A stretch of DNA of 64,000 bases, taken from contig NZ_MWQY01000002.1 of the NCBI RefSeq assembly GCF_002087085.1, positions 124,001 to 188,000 of the forward strand. Direction: 5' to 3'. Of this stretch, positions 29,272 through 38,072 are shown in pieces (positions within the stretch are counted from its first letter, which is position 1; the number at the start of each line of letters is the position of its first letter). The notes under the pieces are model-generated. The model did no database searches, was not told the origin of the DNA, and saw only the letters and a list, made by a program, of their open reading frames with translations. A program made the position numbers and the translations under genes.

Positions 29272-30618
29272 ATGTTTGCCTATCTTCCCCATACGGAGAC
29301 AGAGATCCGCGAAATGCTGGAGCGTACAGGCCTCAGCTCCCTGGACGAGCTCTTCCTGGATATCCCGGAAAAGATCCGGCTCAGGGACGGGATTGATCTG
29401 CCCTCCGGAATCGGGGAGTACCAGGTGTTCCGGGAGATGGAATCACTGTCGCAAAAAAATAATATACAGCCGGTTTCCTTTCTCGGCTGCGGCTGTTACG
29501 ACCATCTCATCCCGGCGGTAATAAAGCACCTGACCAGCCGCTCCGAGTTCCTCACCGCCTATACACCCTATCAGGCGGAGATGTCCCAGGGAATGCTCCA
29601 GGCCATTTTCGAATTCCAGAGTCTCATGTGCCGTCTTACAGGACTGGATGTATCCAACGCCTCCCTTTACGACGGCCATACCGCTGCCGCCGAGGCCGCC
29701 GCCATGGCGCTGAACAGCGTGAAAAACGGAGACACCATACTCGTTTCCGCCTCCGCCCACCCTTCAACTATCCGGGTTCTCAAGAGCTACTACGCCGACA
29801 TGGGAATCACCGTGGAGGCTGTCCCCGCGGAGGGAGGTGCAACTTCAATTCAGGAGCTGAAGGAAAGGCTCAGGCCCGGGGTCGCCGGGGTAATTATCCA
29901 GACCCCGAACGTCTATGGCATACTGGAAGACCTGAGCGAAGCAGCGGATGCAATAAAGGCCGCCGGCTCCATGCTGATTATCAGTGCCAACCCCCTCAGT
30001 CTTGGTATCTGCCGCTCACCGGGAGAATGGGGAGCCGACATAGCCGTGGGGGACTGTCAGCCCCTCGGGCTGCCCCCCGGTTTCGGCGGCCCCTCGGCAG
30101 GATACATTGCCGCGAGAGAGAAGCTCCTCAGGAAGCTCCCCGGTCGTATATCCGGGATGACCCTCGACCGGGAGGGGCGCCGGGGTTTTGTCCTGACTCT
30201 TCAGGCCCGGGAGCAGCACATCAAACGACAGCGCGCCACCTCAAACATCTGTTCCAACCAGGCCCTGGCTGCACTGGGAGCGACAGTCTACCTGAGCAGC
30301 CTCGGCGAAGAGGGGCTGAAGGAGGTGGCCCTGCGGAACCTGAACAATGCCGCCTATGCCTTCAAGGAGCTTACTTCCATTCCCGGTGTCGAAGCGGCGT
30401 TTGATGGAAACTTCTTCAACGAGTTCACACTGGATTTACCCCGTGACGCCGGAGTAGTTGTCACCGATCTGGCGCAGAGGGGCTACTTCGCCGGAGTACC
30501 GGAGAAGCGCCTCTATCCGGAAGCAGAGCCCAAGCGCCTGATTGTCGCGGTAACCGAGAAGCGCGACAGAGAAGAAATCGACGCTTTTGTCCGTGCCATG
30601 AAGGAGGCCCTGACATGA
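29272..30618 (+). CDS. gcvPA: Glycine dehydrogenase (decarboxylating) subunit 1
   Basis: YLPHT, TAYTPYQAEMSQG, NASLYDG, REQHIKRQRATSNICSNQ; ATG at 29272. Confidence 0.95.
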   Translation: MFAYLPHTETEIREMLERTGLSSLDELFLDIPEKIRLRDGIDLPSGIGEYQVFREMESLSQKNNIQPVSFLGCGCYDHLIPAVIKHLTSRSEFLTAYTPYQAEMSQGMLQAIFEFQSLMCRLTGLDVSNASLYDGHTAAAEAAAMALNSVKNGDTILVSASAHPSTIRVLKSYYADMGITVEAVPAEGGATSIQELKERLRPGVAGVIIQTPNVYGILEDLSEAADAIKAAGSMLIISANPLSLGICRSPGEWGADIAVGDCQPLGLPPGFGGPSAGYIAAREKLLRKLPGRISGMTLDREGRRGFVLTLQAREQHIKRQRATSNICSNQALAALGATVYLSSLGEEGLKEVALRNLNNAAYAFKELTSIPGVEAAFDGNFFNEFTLDLPRDAGVVVTDLAQRGYFAGVPEKRLYPEAEPKRLIVAVTEKRDREEIDAFVRAMKEALT

Positions 30619-32069
30619 ACAGTGAATATCCCCTTCTTTTTGAACGCTCCCGTCCCGGACGAAGGGCCTATATCCTGCCGGAAACGAAGATTCCCCAGAA
30701 GGCTTCCGGGGAACTGCTGCCCCCGGCCCTGCTCAGGGAAAAGCCCGCCGGGCTGCCGGAGCTCTCGGAGGTCGATGTGGTCCGCCACTTTACCGGTCTT
30801 TCCAGGCGCAACTTCGGCGTCGACCTGGGTTTCTACCCTCTGGGATCCTGTACCATGAAGTATAATCCGAAGATCAACGAGGATATCGCCGCCCTTCCCG
30901 GTTTCAGCGCCCTTCATCCCCTGGTTCCCGAATCAGCGGCCCAGGGAAGCCTGGAACTCATGCACCGTCTGCTGGAAAATTTGGCGGAGATAACCGGGAT
31001 GGACACCGGCACCCTGCAGCCCTTTGCCGGTGCCCAGGGTGAATATACCGGGATGAAGCTCTTTCGAGCCTTCTTCAAGCATCGGGGAGAGCACGCTCGC
31101 ACCAAGGTGCTGGTACCGGACTCCTCCCACGGAACAAACCCGGCCTCCGCGCATATCGCAGGCTTTGACGTAGTGGAAGTTCCCTCCAACAGGGCCGGAC
31201 GGATATCCCTGGAGGCTGTAAAGGAGCATCTGGACGAAAACCTTGCGGGGATCATGCTGACCAACCCCAACACCCTGGGACTCTTTGAAACTGAGATCCT
31301 CGAAATAGCTGCGGCGGTACATGATGCGGGAGGACTCCTCTACTACGACGGCGCCAACCTGAACGCCATTACCGGACAGTGCCGTCCCGGGGACATGGGC
31401 TTCGATGTGGTGCATCTGAATCTGCACAAGACCTTTTCCACTCCCCACGGCGGCGGAGGACCGGGGGCAGGCCCGGTGCTGGTGAAGAAGCGCCTGAAAG
31501 CCTTCCTTCCCGGCCCCCTGATCGTGAAAGAAGGAGACCGCTATACCTTCAGGGATCAGGGTCCCGAAAGCATGGGACCCGTGGCGGGCTTCTACGGTAA
31601 CGTGGGAATAATGATAAGGGCGGCTGCTTACATTCGAAGCATGGGCGCCGACGGGCTCTCCCTGGCGGCAAAACTGGCGGTGCTGAACGCGAATTATCTC
31701 CGGGTCTCCCTTTCTGAAAGCCTGGAAATTCCCTATGACTCCCTCTGCAAGCATGAGTTCGTACTCTCCGCCCGCAGACTCAAGGAAGAGTACGGTATTA
31801 CCGCCACAGACATAGCCAAGGGCCTAATCGACAGGGGTATTCATCCGCCGACGGTATATTTTCCCCTGATCGTGCATGAAGCCCTGATGGTGGAGCCCAC
31901 GGAAACCGAAAACAGGGAAACCCTTGACCATTTCGTGGAGGTAATTCAGGACCTGGTCAGGACCGCCGCAGAGGCGCCTGACCAGCTAAAGGGAGCGCCC
32001 CGGACCACCCCCGTGGGCCGCCTGGACGAGGTCCTGGCGGCGCGAAAACCGAAGGTCAGCTGGACCTAG
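30615..32069 (+). CDS. gcvPB: Glycine dehydrogenase (decarboxylating) subunit 2
   Basis: PLGSCTMKYNP, HGTNPAS, HLNLHKTFSTPHGGGGPG, EPTETE. Confidence 0.95.
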   Translation: MNSEYPLLFERSRPGRRAYILPETKIPQKASGELLPPALLREKPAGLPELSEVDVVRHFTGLSRRNFGVDLGFYPLGSCTMKYNPKINEDIAALPGFSALHPLVPESAAQGSLELMHRLLENLAEITGMDTGTLQPFAGAQGEYTGMKLFRAFFKHRGEHARTKVLVPDSSHGTNPASAHIAGFDVVEVPSNRAGRISLEAVKEHLDENLAGIMLTNPNTLGLFETEILEIAAAVHDAGGLLYYDGANLNAITGQCRPGDMGFDVVHLNLHKTFSTPHGGGGPGAGPVLVKKRLKAFLPGPLIVKEGDRYTFRDQGPESMGPVAGFYGNVGIMIRAAAYIRSMGADGLSLAAKLAVLNANYLRVSLSESLEIPYDSLCKHEFVLSARRLKEEYGITATDIAKGLIDRGIHPPTVYFPLIVHEALMVEPTETENRETLDHFVEVIQDLVRTAAEAPDQLKGAPRTTPVGRLDEVLAARKPKVSWT

Positions 32070-35000
32070 CCGACAGTCTCCGGGTATACGGCCAGGGTAC
32101 TGTAGCCTGTACCCCTGCGACGGACCCGGATCTGCACGGGGACCCTCTCCTTCAAGGTATCCACATGGGAGATTATACCCACCAGCTTGCCCGAAGAGCG
32201 CAGGGTCTCCAGGGCGGCCAGTACGGTCTCCAGGGTCTCCGAGTCCAGGGTCCCGAAACCTTCATCAAGAAAGAGTGAATCGATCCTGGTCTTCCGGCCC
32301 GCCAGCTCGGACAGTCCCAGGGCCAGGCTCAGACTCGCAAGAAAGGTTTCCCCCCCGGAGAGGGTCTCCACCGGCCGTACTGCGTCGGCCTGCCAGGTAT
32401 CTACAATAAAGAGAGACAGCTCCTCACCTCCGTCCCGTTGCAGCCGGTAACGTCCGGAAAAACGGTCCAGATGCCGGTTTGCCAGGGAGACGAGGTAATC
32501 CAAGGTAAGTCCCTGGGCAAAGCGGCGGAAGGCATCCCCCGAAGCGGAACCGATCAGCCCCTTGAGCCGCCACCATATCTGGTATTCTTTGCGCTGATCT
32601 TCCTGTTCTTTGAGCAGCCTTTCCCGATGCTCCCGGTTCTCCCTGTCAGCGGCAATTCTGCTCTGACAGCCAAAAAGCTCTTTCTGGGCCGCTGCATATT
32701 CTTCGTCAGCATCCGCCAGTTCCTTCTCCACCCTGGTACTGTCCCGAAGTTCCCCGGGAATCTCTTGAAGCTCCCGGGTCAGTTCCTCCCGACGCTGCTC
32801 GAGGCTCATACTGGAGGCAGCCCACTCTTCAACGGCTTCCCGGCGTGCTTGCGCATCCTCCAGATAGGATGAGCGGAAATCATCAGTATCCGAAAAACCG
32901 GCGGCAAGAGCCCGTCGGGACAGATCCCTCTGCAGATTTTCCCGCTCCTGCCGCTTCCCTTCGAAAAGACTTTCCGCTGTTTCAAGGCGACCCTGAAAAA
33001 CCGCCCGTTTTTCCTTGCCCGAATTCACCCTGTTCTGCAGGGCTTCCAGCTCATCCTCAAGGTCCCGGACCTTCTGTTCCTTCAGCTGCAGGAGGTCCTG
33101 TACGGACTGGCCGCCGGTCAGTTCCATCAGGCTTCCGCTGATCTCAGATACCTGTTTCTGAAGCTCATCCCTCCGGGCGGAAAGTTTATCCAGTTCCTGC
33201 CGGCGTTCCGCGAGATCCAGGCTGTACTGCTCAAGTTTTTCCGAACTGCTCCGCTCCTCGGAAACAATCTCCTCCAGCTTCCCGCAGGACTTGCGGTAAT
33301 CATCCAGGCTTTTTACAGCCAGCTCCCGGAGATTCTCCATATCCCCGGATAAACCGGCCTTCCGGGCGATTTGCAGAATCCAGGCTGCGGTCTCTTCCAG
33401 TCCATCTTCTTTCCGACGGAGAGACTCCAGATGGCCCCGGATCCGTTCTTCCACCACCGCTGCCCGATTCCCGGTTCGCGCCTGTTCCTCCCTGGCGGCT
33501 TCTTCCTGCTCCAGGAGCTGATCCAGACGAAGCCGAAGTTCGTCCCGCTTTTTTTCAATGCCCAGGGACCTGGCATGCCTCTCGGAGAGATCAGCCCTCC
33601 TCCGATCCAGATCCTCAAGGATGGCGGAAGAACAGTCCTGATCTGCCAGTCGTGTGGAAAGTCCGCGTATTTCAGCATCCAGGGCGGAGGCTTTTTCCCG
33701 CTGAGAATCCCTGCTGCCCCGGAGAGTTGCAAGCCGGATCAGGGTATCGCGATACCGTTCCTCAGCTGCGGAAAAGTCAATGGCCTCTTCCGGGGCTTCA
33801 CCGGAAAAGAGCTCCTTCTGCCGGACCCCGGGATGTTCCCTGGAACCGCATACAGGACAAGGGCTTCCTTTTTTCAGCCCCTCCTTCAAGCTCTGTGCCG
33901 CCTGGTGCAGATGCCATTCTTCGCCCTGATCCCGGTGAACACGGGCCGTTTCTGAATCCTGACGGGCGGTTTCAATCTCTTTTTCCAGGTTTTCAAGATG
34001 CCGGTGAACCTGAAGAAGCTCTTCCCTGAGGCTTTCCCGGCGTTCAGCCCAGGGGACGAGGGCCTTCAGTTCTCCAAGCCGGAGATCGAGTTCCGATAAT
34101 TCACTTCTCAAAGCCCCGGAGCTTCCTGTATCTGCGAGGTCCTGTTCGAGTTCCGAAAGCTCTTTTCTGAGAGCGCTGAGCTCGGGAAGAGACGCTGCCT
34201 CCGTTATACCGGTAAGTGTCCCCTGTTCCCTTCGAAGAAGTTCAATCTCGTCATTCAGCTCTTGAATATCCTGGTTAAAGGTTTTCCATTCGGACAGGCG
34301 CGTAAAGAAGAGTTCCCGATTCAGGGAGAGTTCATACAGTCCGCTGTTGTCTGCGGCTGCTTCAAGCTTCTGTTTATCCAGCTTCAGACCGGAAAGCCTG
34401 TCTTCAAGCTCTTCGATAATCTCAAGGTTTCGGGATAGCTGCTTCTGCAGGTGCTGGATGCGTTCCTCCTCATCGGCCAGGCGTGCCTTCCGTTCGGACA
34501 ACAGGGCTTCCAGCTTTTCCGCTTCTCCCTTTTTTTCCCGGATATCGGATAATTGCGCGCGGGAAATCTTCAGGGATTCCCGGAGATCCCCCATGCCGGA
34601 TTCAAGATCCAGGATTTCAGTAGTAAGCAGTTCCAGGGACGAATTGATCTCCCGGATATCCGCAGCGGCTCCGGAAAGTTCGTCCTTTAGAAGATCAAAG
34701 CGGCGTATATCGTTCCAGTGAGGTTCCACCAGCCGATGCAGTTTCAGCTGCTCCCGCATTGTGTCCACCGACTCCCTCTGCTCCTCCAGCTTTTCCATTC
34801 CGTCTGCGATTTCATCGAGTTCCGCTGAGAGTTTTCGTCCCCGCCGGGCCTTTTCCACCGCCAGCACCATTGCATCCCTGGACTCTCTGGCCCGGTCGTA
34901 ACGCTCCCCGGCCGCCTTCAGATGCTCATGTACCAGGTCCAGACTCTCCTCATCCAGGACTCTAACATCCTGAATCCGCCGGGCAATCTCCACTCCTTTC

Positions 35001-35608
35001 TGCTCCTCCTCCCTGGCACGTTCGAAGGCCAGGCGGGAGAGCTCGGAATATATAAAGCTGCCGGTCATCTTTTCGAGCAGGTCCGCCCGTTCATTCGGCT
35101 TTGCGTCCAGAAATGCCGCAAAAGCTCCCTGGGCAAGCAGCACGGACCTGGTAAAGCGGGTAAAATCGAGACCCGTAAGCAGGGCTATCCGATCCGGAAC
35201 CTCGCTCAGCTTATCTTCTATAAGCTCCTCACCGGCGGAATCGATCTTTGCCAGGCGCATACGGGGCTGCTGAAAAGCCCCGGTAACACTTCCCCTTGCC
35301 CGATGAACCTCCCAGCGGGAGCGGTAGCAGCCCTGGGGTACCTCGAATTCAACTTCCGCCCAGGCTTCCGCGGTATGCCGGGAAACGATTTCCAGAACAC
35401 CCGACCCCGCGGCTTTTCGTTTCTGAAGCCGCGGGGTTTCACCGTACAGAGCGATGCAGAGGGCATCGAAGATGGTCGATTTGCCTGCACCGGTGGGACC
35501 GATTACGGCGAACAGTCCGGCATCCACAAAGGGTTCCCGGGTAAAATCCAGATGGAACTCCCCGCGCAGGGAGTTAAGGTTCTTAAATTTTAGATTCAGG
35601 ACCTTCAT
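32066..35608 (-). CDS. sbcC: SbcC/Rad50-like SMC ATPase
   Basis: Walker A GPTGAGKST, LAQGAF, coiled coils, zinc hook CPVCGS, LSGGE, LFLDEGFG; ATG at 35608 overlaps the sbcD stop. Confidence 0.93.
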   Translation of the reverse strand: MKVLNLKFKNLNSLRGEFHLDFTREPFVDAGLFAVIGPTGAGKSTIFDALCIALYGETPRLQKRKAAGSGVLEIVSRHTAEAWAEVEFEVPQGCYRSRWEVHRARGSVTGAFQQPRMRLAKIDSAGEELIEDKLSEVPDRIALLTGLDFTRFTRSVLLAQGAFAAFLDAKPNERADLLEKMTGSFIYSELSRLAFERAREEEQKGVEIARRIQDVRVLDEESLDLVHEHLKAAGERYDRARESRDAMVLAVEKARRGRKLSAELDEIADGMEKLEEQRESVDTMREQLKLHRLVEPHWNDIRRFDLLKDELSGAAADIREINSSLELLTTEILDLESGMGDLRESLKISRAQLSDIREKKGEAEKLEALLSERKARLADEEERIQHLQKQLSRNLEIIEELEDRLSGLKLDKQKLEAAADNSGLYELSLNRELFFTRLSEWKTFNQDIQELNDEIELLRREQGTLTGITEAASLPELSALRKELSELEQDLADTGSSGALRSELSELDLRLGELKALVPWAERRESLREELLQVHRHLENLEKEIETARQDSETARVHRDQGEEWHLHQAAQSLKEGLKKGSPCPVCGSREHPGVRQKELFSGEAPEEAIDFSAAEERYRDTLIRLATLRGSRDSQREKASALDAEIRGLSTRLADQDCSSAILEDLDRRRADLSERHARSLGIEKKRDELRLRLDQLLEQEEAAREEQARTGNRAAVVEERIRGHLESLRRKEDGLEETAAWILQIARKAGLSGDMENLRELAVKSLDDYRKSCGKLEEIVSEERSSSEKLEQYSLDLAERRQELDKLSARRDELQKQVSEISGSLMELTGGQSVQDLLQLKEQKVRDLEDELEALQNRVNSGKEKRAVFQGRLETAESLFEGKRQERENLQRDLSRRALAAGFSDTDDFRSSYLEDAQARREAVEEWAASSMSLEQRREELTRELQEIPGELRDSTRVEKELADADEEYAAAQKELFGCQSRIAADRENREHRERLLKEQEDQRKEYQIWWRLKGLIGSASGDAFRRFAQGLTLDYLVSLANRHLDRFSGRYRLQRDGGEELSLFIVDTWQADAVRPVETLSGGETFLASLSLALGLSELAGRKTRIDSLFLDEGFGTLDSETLETVLAALETLRSSGKLVGIISHVDTLKERVPVQIRVRRRGTGYSTLAVYPETVG

Positions 35609-36819
35609 ACATCCTCCCCCCGGAACTCCCCGGCGATATTGCTCTCGGCAATTACAAGAAGTTCCTGATACGCCCGGATCAGTTCGTCGTCCGCTTCCTC
35701 TCCCCGGGACTCGCACCGGCGCTTGAACACCTCCAGGGGCGAAAGCTCGCTCAGGTGCGGATCCGCATCCTCCCAGGTTTCATCCCCACCGCCGTTTTTT
35801 GCATAGCGGACCCGGAGGATCTCAAGGGAAAGTGCGCCGGAGGCCTCCTCGATTCTCTCCTGGGCATCGGGTACCGGGTCGTTGACGCTGATATCGAGCC
35901 AGGGAGAAAGCTCTTCATTCCTGCCCGCAACATCCTCCAGCTGCCAGATGATTTCCGGAAGAGACCCGGAAAGAGAGACCAGGCGCCGGAAAACCGGGAC
36001 GGGAAACTCTTCAAGGGAGGCAAGCTGCTTTCCGTCAAACTCTGCCAGCACTAGACTCTTCCGTGTTTCGTCCCCGAAATCCAGGGCCAGGGGCGATCCG
36101 CTGTAACGGATATGCTCCTTTCCGTCCACCCTGCCCCGGCGATGCAGATGGCCCAGGGCGCAGTAATCCGCCGATGCCGGGAAGACGGAGGAATCGACCT
36201 GCCCCAGGGTGCCCACATAGAGATCGCGTTCCGAGGAGGACCTTCCCCCTCCGGCGGCCAGCAGGTGTCCGGTCAGAATAAACGGCAGCTCCTTATATCC
36301 TGAGGCTGCCCGGGACACTGCCTGATAGTGATCCCTCAGCCCCGCGACAAGTGCCGCATCCCGCTCCCCGATACTTTCACCCGCCCGGGGCTGCCTGAGA
36401 TCCCGCTCCCGCAGAAAGGGTACGCAGCCCACGCAGGCCAGGGGGCTATCCTCTCCATCCCGCAGAATAAAGAGCTCATCCTCCGGGGGCATAGCTCCCC
36501 CGACAACATGAACCCGGAAGCGGTTCAGGAGCTGGCGGGGAGCATTCAGGGTAGAAACGGAATCGTGATTCCCTCCCGTTACCACGGTACCGCGGCAGGA
36601 TGTGCGGGAAATCCGGTAGAGAAAATCATAGTAGAGTTCAAGTGCGGCGTTGGGGGGAGTGCCGGTATCAAAAACATCCCCGGCAAGGATCAGGAGATCC
36701 GGATTTTCAGACCGGACCAGATCGACAAGCCAGTCCAAAAAGAGACGCTGTTCCTCCAGGCGGCTCCGCTCAAGAAGACGATGCCCGAGATGCCAGTCCG
36801 AGGTATGCAGTAGCTTCAC
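35605..36819 (-). CDS. sbcD: SbcD/Mre11-like exonuclease subunit
   Basis: HTSDWHLG, AGDVFD, GNHDS, LGHLH, YSGSP; GTG start at 36819 after GGAGG. Confidence 0.93.
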   Translation of the reverse strand: MKLLHTSDWHLGHRLLERSRLEEQRLFLDWLVDLVRSENPDLLILAGDVFDTGTPPNAALELYYDFLYRISRTSCRGTVVTGGNHDSVSTLNAPRQLLNRFRVHVVGGAMPPEDELFILRDGEDSPLACVGCVPFLRERDLRQPRAGESIGERDAALVAGLRDHYQAVSRAASGYKELPFILTGHLLAAGGGRSSSERDLYVGTLGQVDSSVFPASADYCALGHLHRRGRVDGKEHIRYSGSPLALDFGDETRKSLVLAEFDGKQLASLEEFPVPVFRRLVSLSGSLPEIIWQLEDVAGRNEELSPWLDISVNDPVPDAQERIEEASGALSLEILRVRYAKNGGGDETWEDADPHLSELSPLEVFKRRCESRGEEADDELIRAYQELLVIAESNIAGEFRGEDV

Positions 36820-36873
36820 GTATCCTCCGGGTCCCATTGTAGAGGAGAGGCACATAAACAGACAAGAAGGCAG

Positions 36874-36915
36874 AAAAAAAATAACCCTCAGGGAAAGGAG
36901 GTAAAACCCTGAGGG
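36874..36915 (-). terminator. Intrinsic terminator with a 13-nt anti-SD loop
   Basis: Minus strand CCCTCAGGG-TTTTACCTCCTTT-CCCTGAGGG followed by TTATTTTTTTT. Confidence 0.8.
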
Positions 36916-36986
36916 GAAATAAAAGCGTGTGGGCCTGGTTACCGGGACTATTTCGGATCCCGTTAACACCCGGTAAAATATTTTAT
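36874..36986 (-). ncRNA. Candidate ~110-nt small RNA (two hairpins, anti-SD loop)
   Basis: Extended -10 TGtTATAGT (-10 at 36998-36993); 8-bp stem TTACCGGG/CCCGGTAA; terminator; separate sbcD promoter-like box downstream. Confidence 0.5.
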
Positions 36987-37067
36987 GCTCTAACTATAAC
37001 AATAAACAAAATAATGATCCAGAGGTTACAGATGAATTTTAATAGAATTTTGGCCCAAACACCCTTT

Positions 37068-38018
37068 TTAGAGTAATTTTGAGGAAGCTCCAAAAAGCGG
37101 TTCATCCAGGGGCAGAATACTGTGGTACTGCACGCGGGAAAACCTGTCGGCAGCATCCGGAAAGGTGTCATCCTGGGTCCGGATAAGGATATCATCCTCC
37201 CCCTGGCTGAATCGCATGATCGGCTGATTCAGGGCGCCCAGGACCTCCCCGGGGGAAAAACCCCGTTCCCGGGTCAGATACCGAAAGAAGGATGAACTCT
37301 CAGGATCTTCCGGACCGGCGTCCTCCCGGTATACGTAGCCCGACGCGTCCAGGATCTGTTCAAAGGGACTTTTTGAGTAGTGGAAAATCCGGGAAAGGGG
37401 CATATCCTTTCGAAGGAGCTGTGCATTCTGCAGTTCCCTGCCGATGGCGGAAATCAGGATGTGAATATGCCGATAATCCAGGGAGGTCCGGAATATCATG
37501 ACCGCAATGTCGGTACTGATGCTGTTTTTATGAAGAATCGCAGGAATATCGTAGTTGACGATATACAGATCCTCAAAACGCTTGATATTCTGACCGCAGA
37601 GGACAAAAAAGTCTGCCTGGGGGACCCATATTCGAAAAAGTTCTTCCGGAGAGAGGCCGAGGACATCCAGAGCCTCATAGGCGCCGATAATCTTCCCGGC
37701 CTCCTTTTCTCCGAAGCGGGAGATGAAGGAGTTCATCATCCAGGGGGTAAAGACTTTTGAGCCGTGCCGGGCAAAGAAGATCCGCACGTGATAATGACGT
37801 TCCACTATCCTACGGTCAACAAGAAAATCACCGGGAATATTGGCCAGGTAGGCCAGTTCTATGGCATCGCGATACCAGGGATTCTCGTAAACGACCCGCA
37901 TGATCCGGCTCTCCACCTGGATACCGTTGGTCTCGGGACGCAGGTACAGAAAAACATCCTGGCAGAGACTTCCCGTGCAGGCCGGCTTAAAGGGGATCAG
38001 GACTGTAGGCTTCTCCAT
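37068..38018 (-). CDS. Hypothetical protein, possible divergent NDK-like fold
   Basis: 316-aa ORF after pfk; FLYLRP near the N-terminus, FHYSKSPFEQ near the C-terminus. Confidence 0.7.
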   Translation of the reverse strand: MEKPTVLIPFKPACTGSLCQDVFLYLRPETNGIQVESRIMRVVYENPWYRDAIELAYLANIPGDFLVDRRIVERHYHVRIFFARHGSKVFTPWMMNSFISRFGEKEAGKIIGAYEALDVLGLSPEELFRIWVPQADFFVLCGQNIKRFEDLYIVNYDIPAILHKNSISTDIAVMIFRTSLDYRHIHILISAIGRELQNAQLLRKDMPLSRIFHYSKSPFEQILDASGYVYREDAGPEDPESSSFFRYLTRERGFSPGEVLGALNQPIMRFSQGEDDILIRTQDDTFPDAADRFSRVQYHSILPLDEPLFGASSKLL

Positions 38019-38072
38019 ACAGATATACTACTACCCCTGTTCAGGCGGGGCAATGTTAACCGTATTTACGGA

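Noticed and set aside
32066..36819. SMC ATPase plus nuclease as a Wadjet/Lamassu-like defence system
   Set aside because: Canonical sbcD-sbcC order, zinc hook and Mre11 motifs; no accessory defence genes
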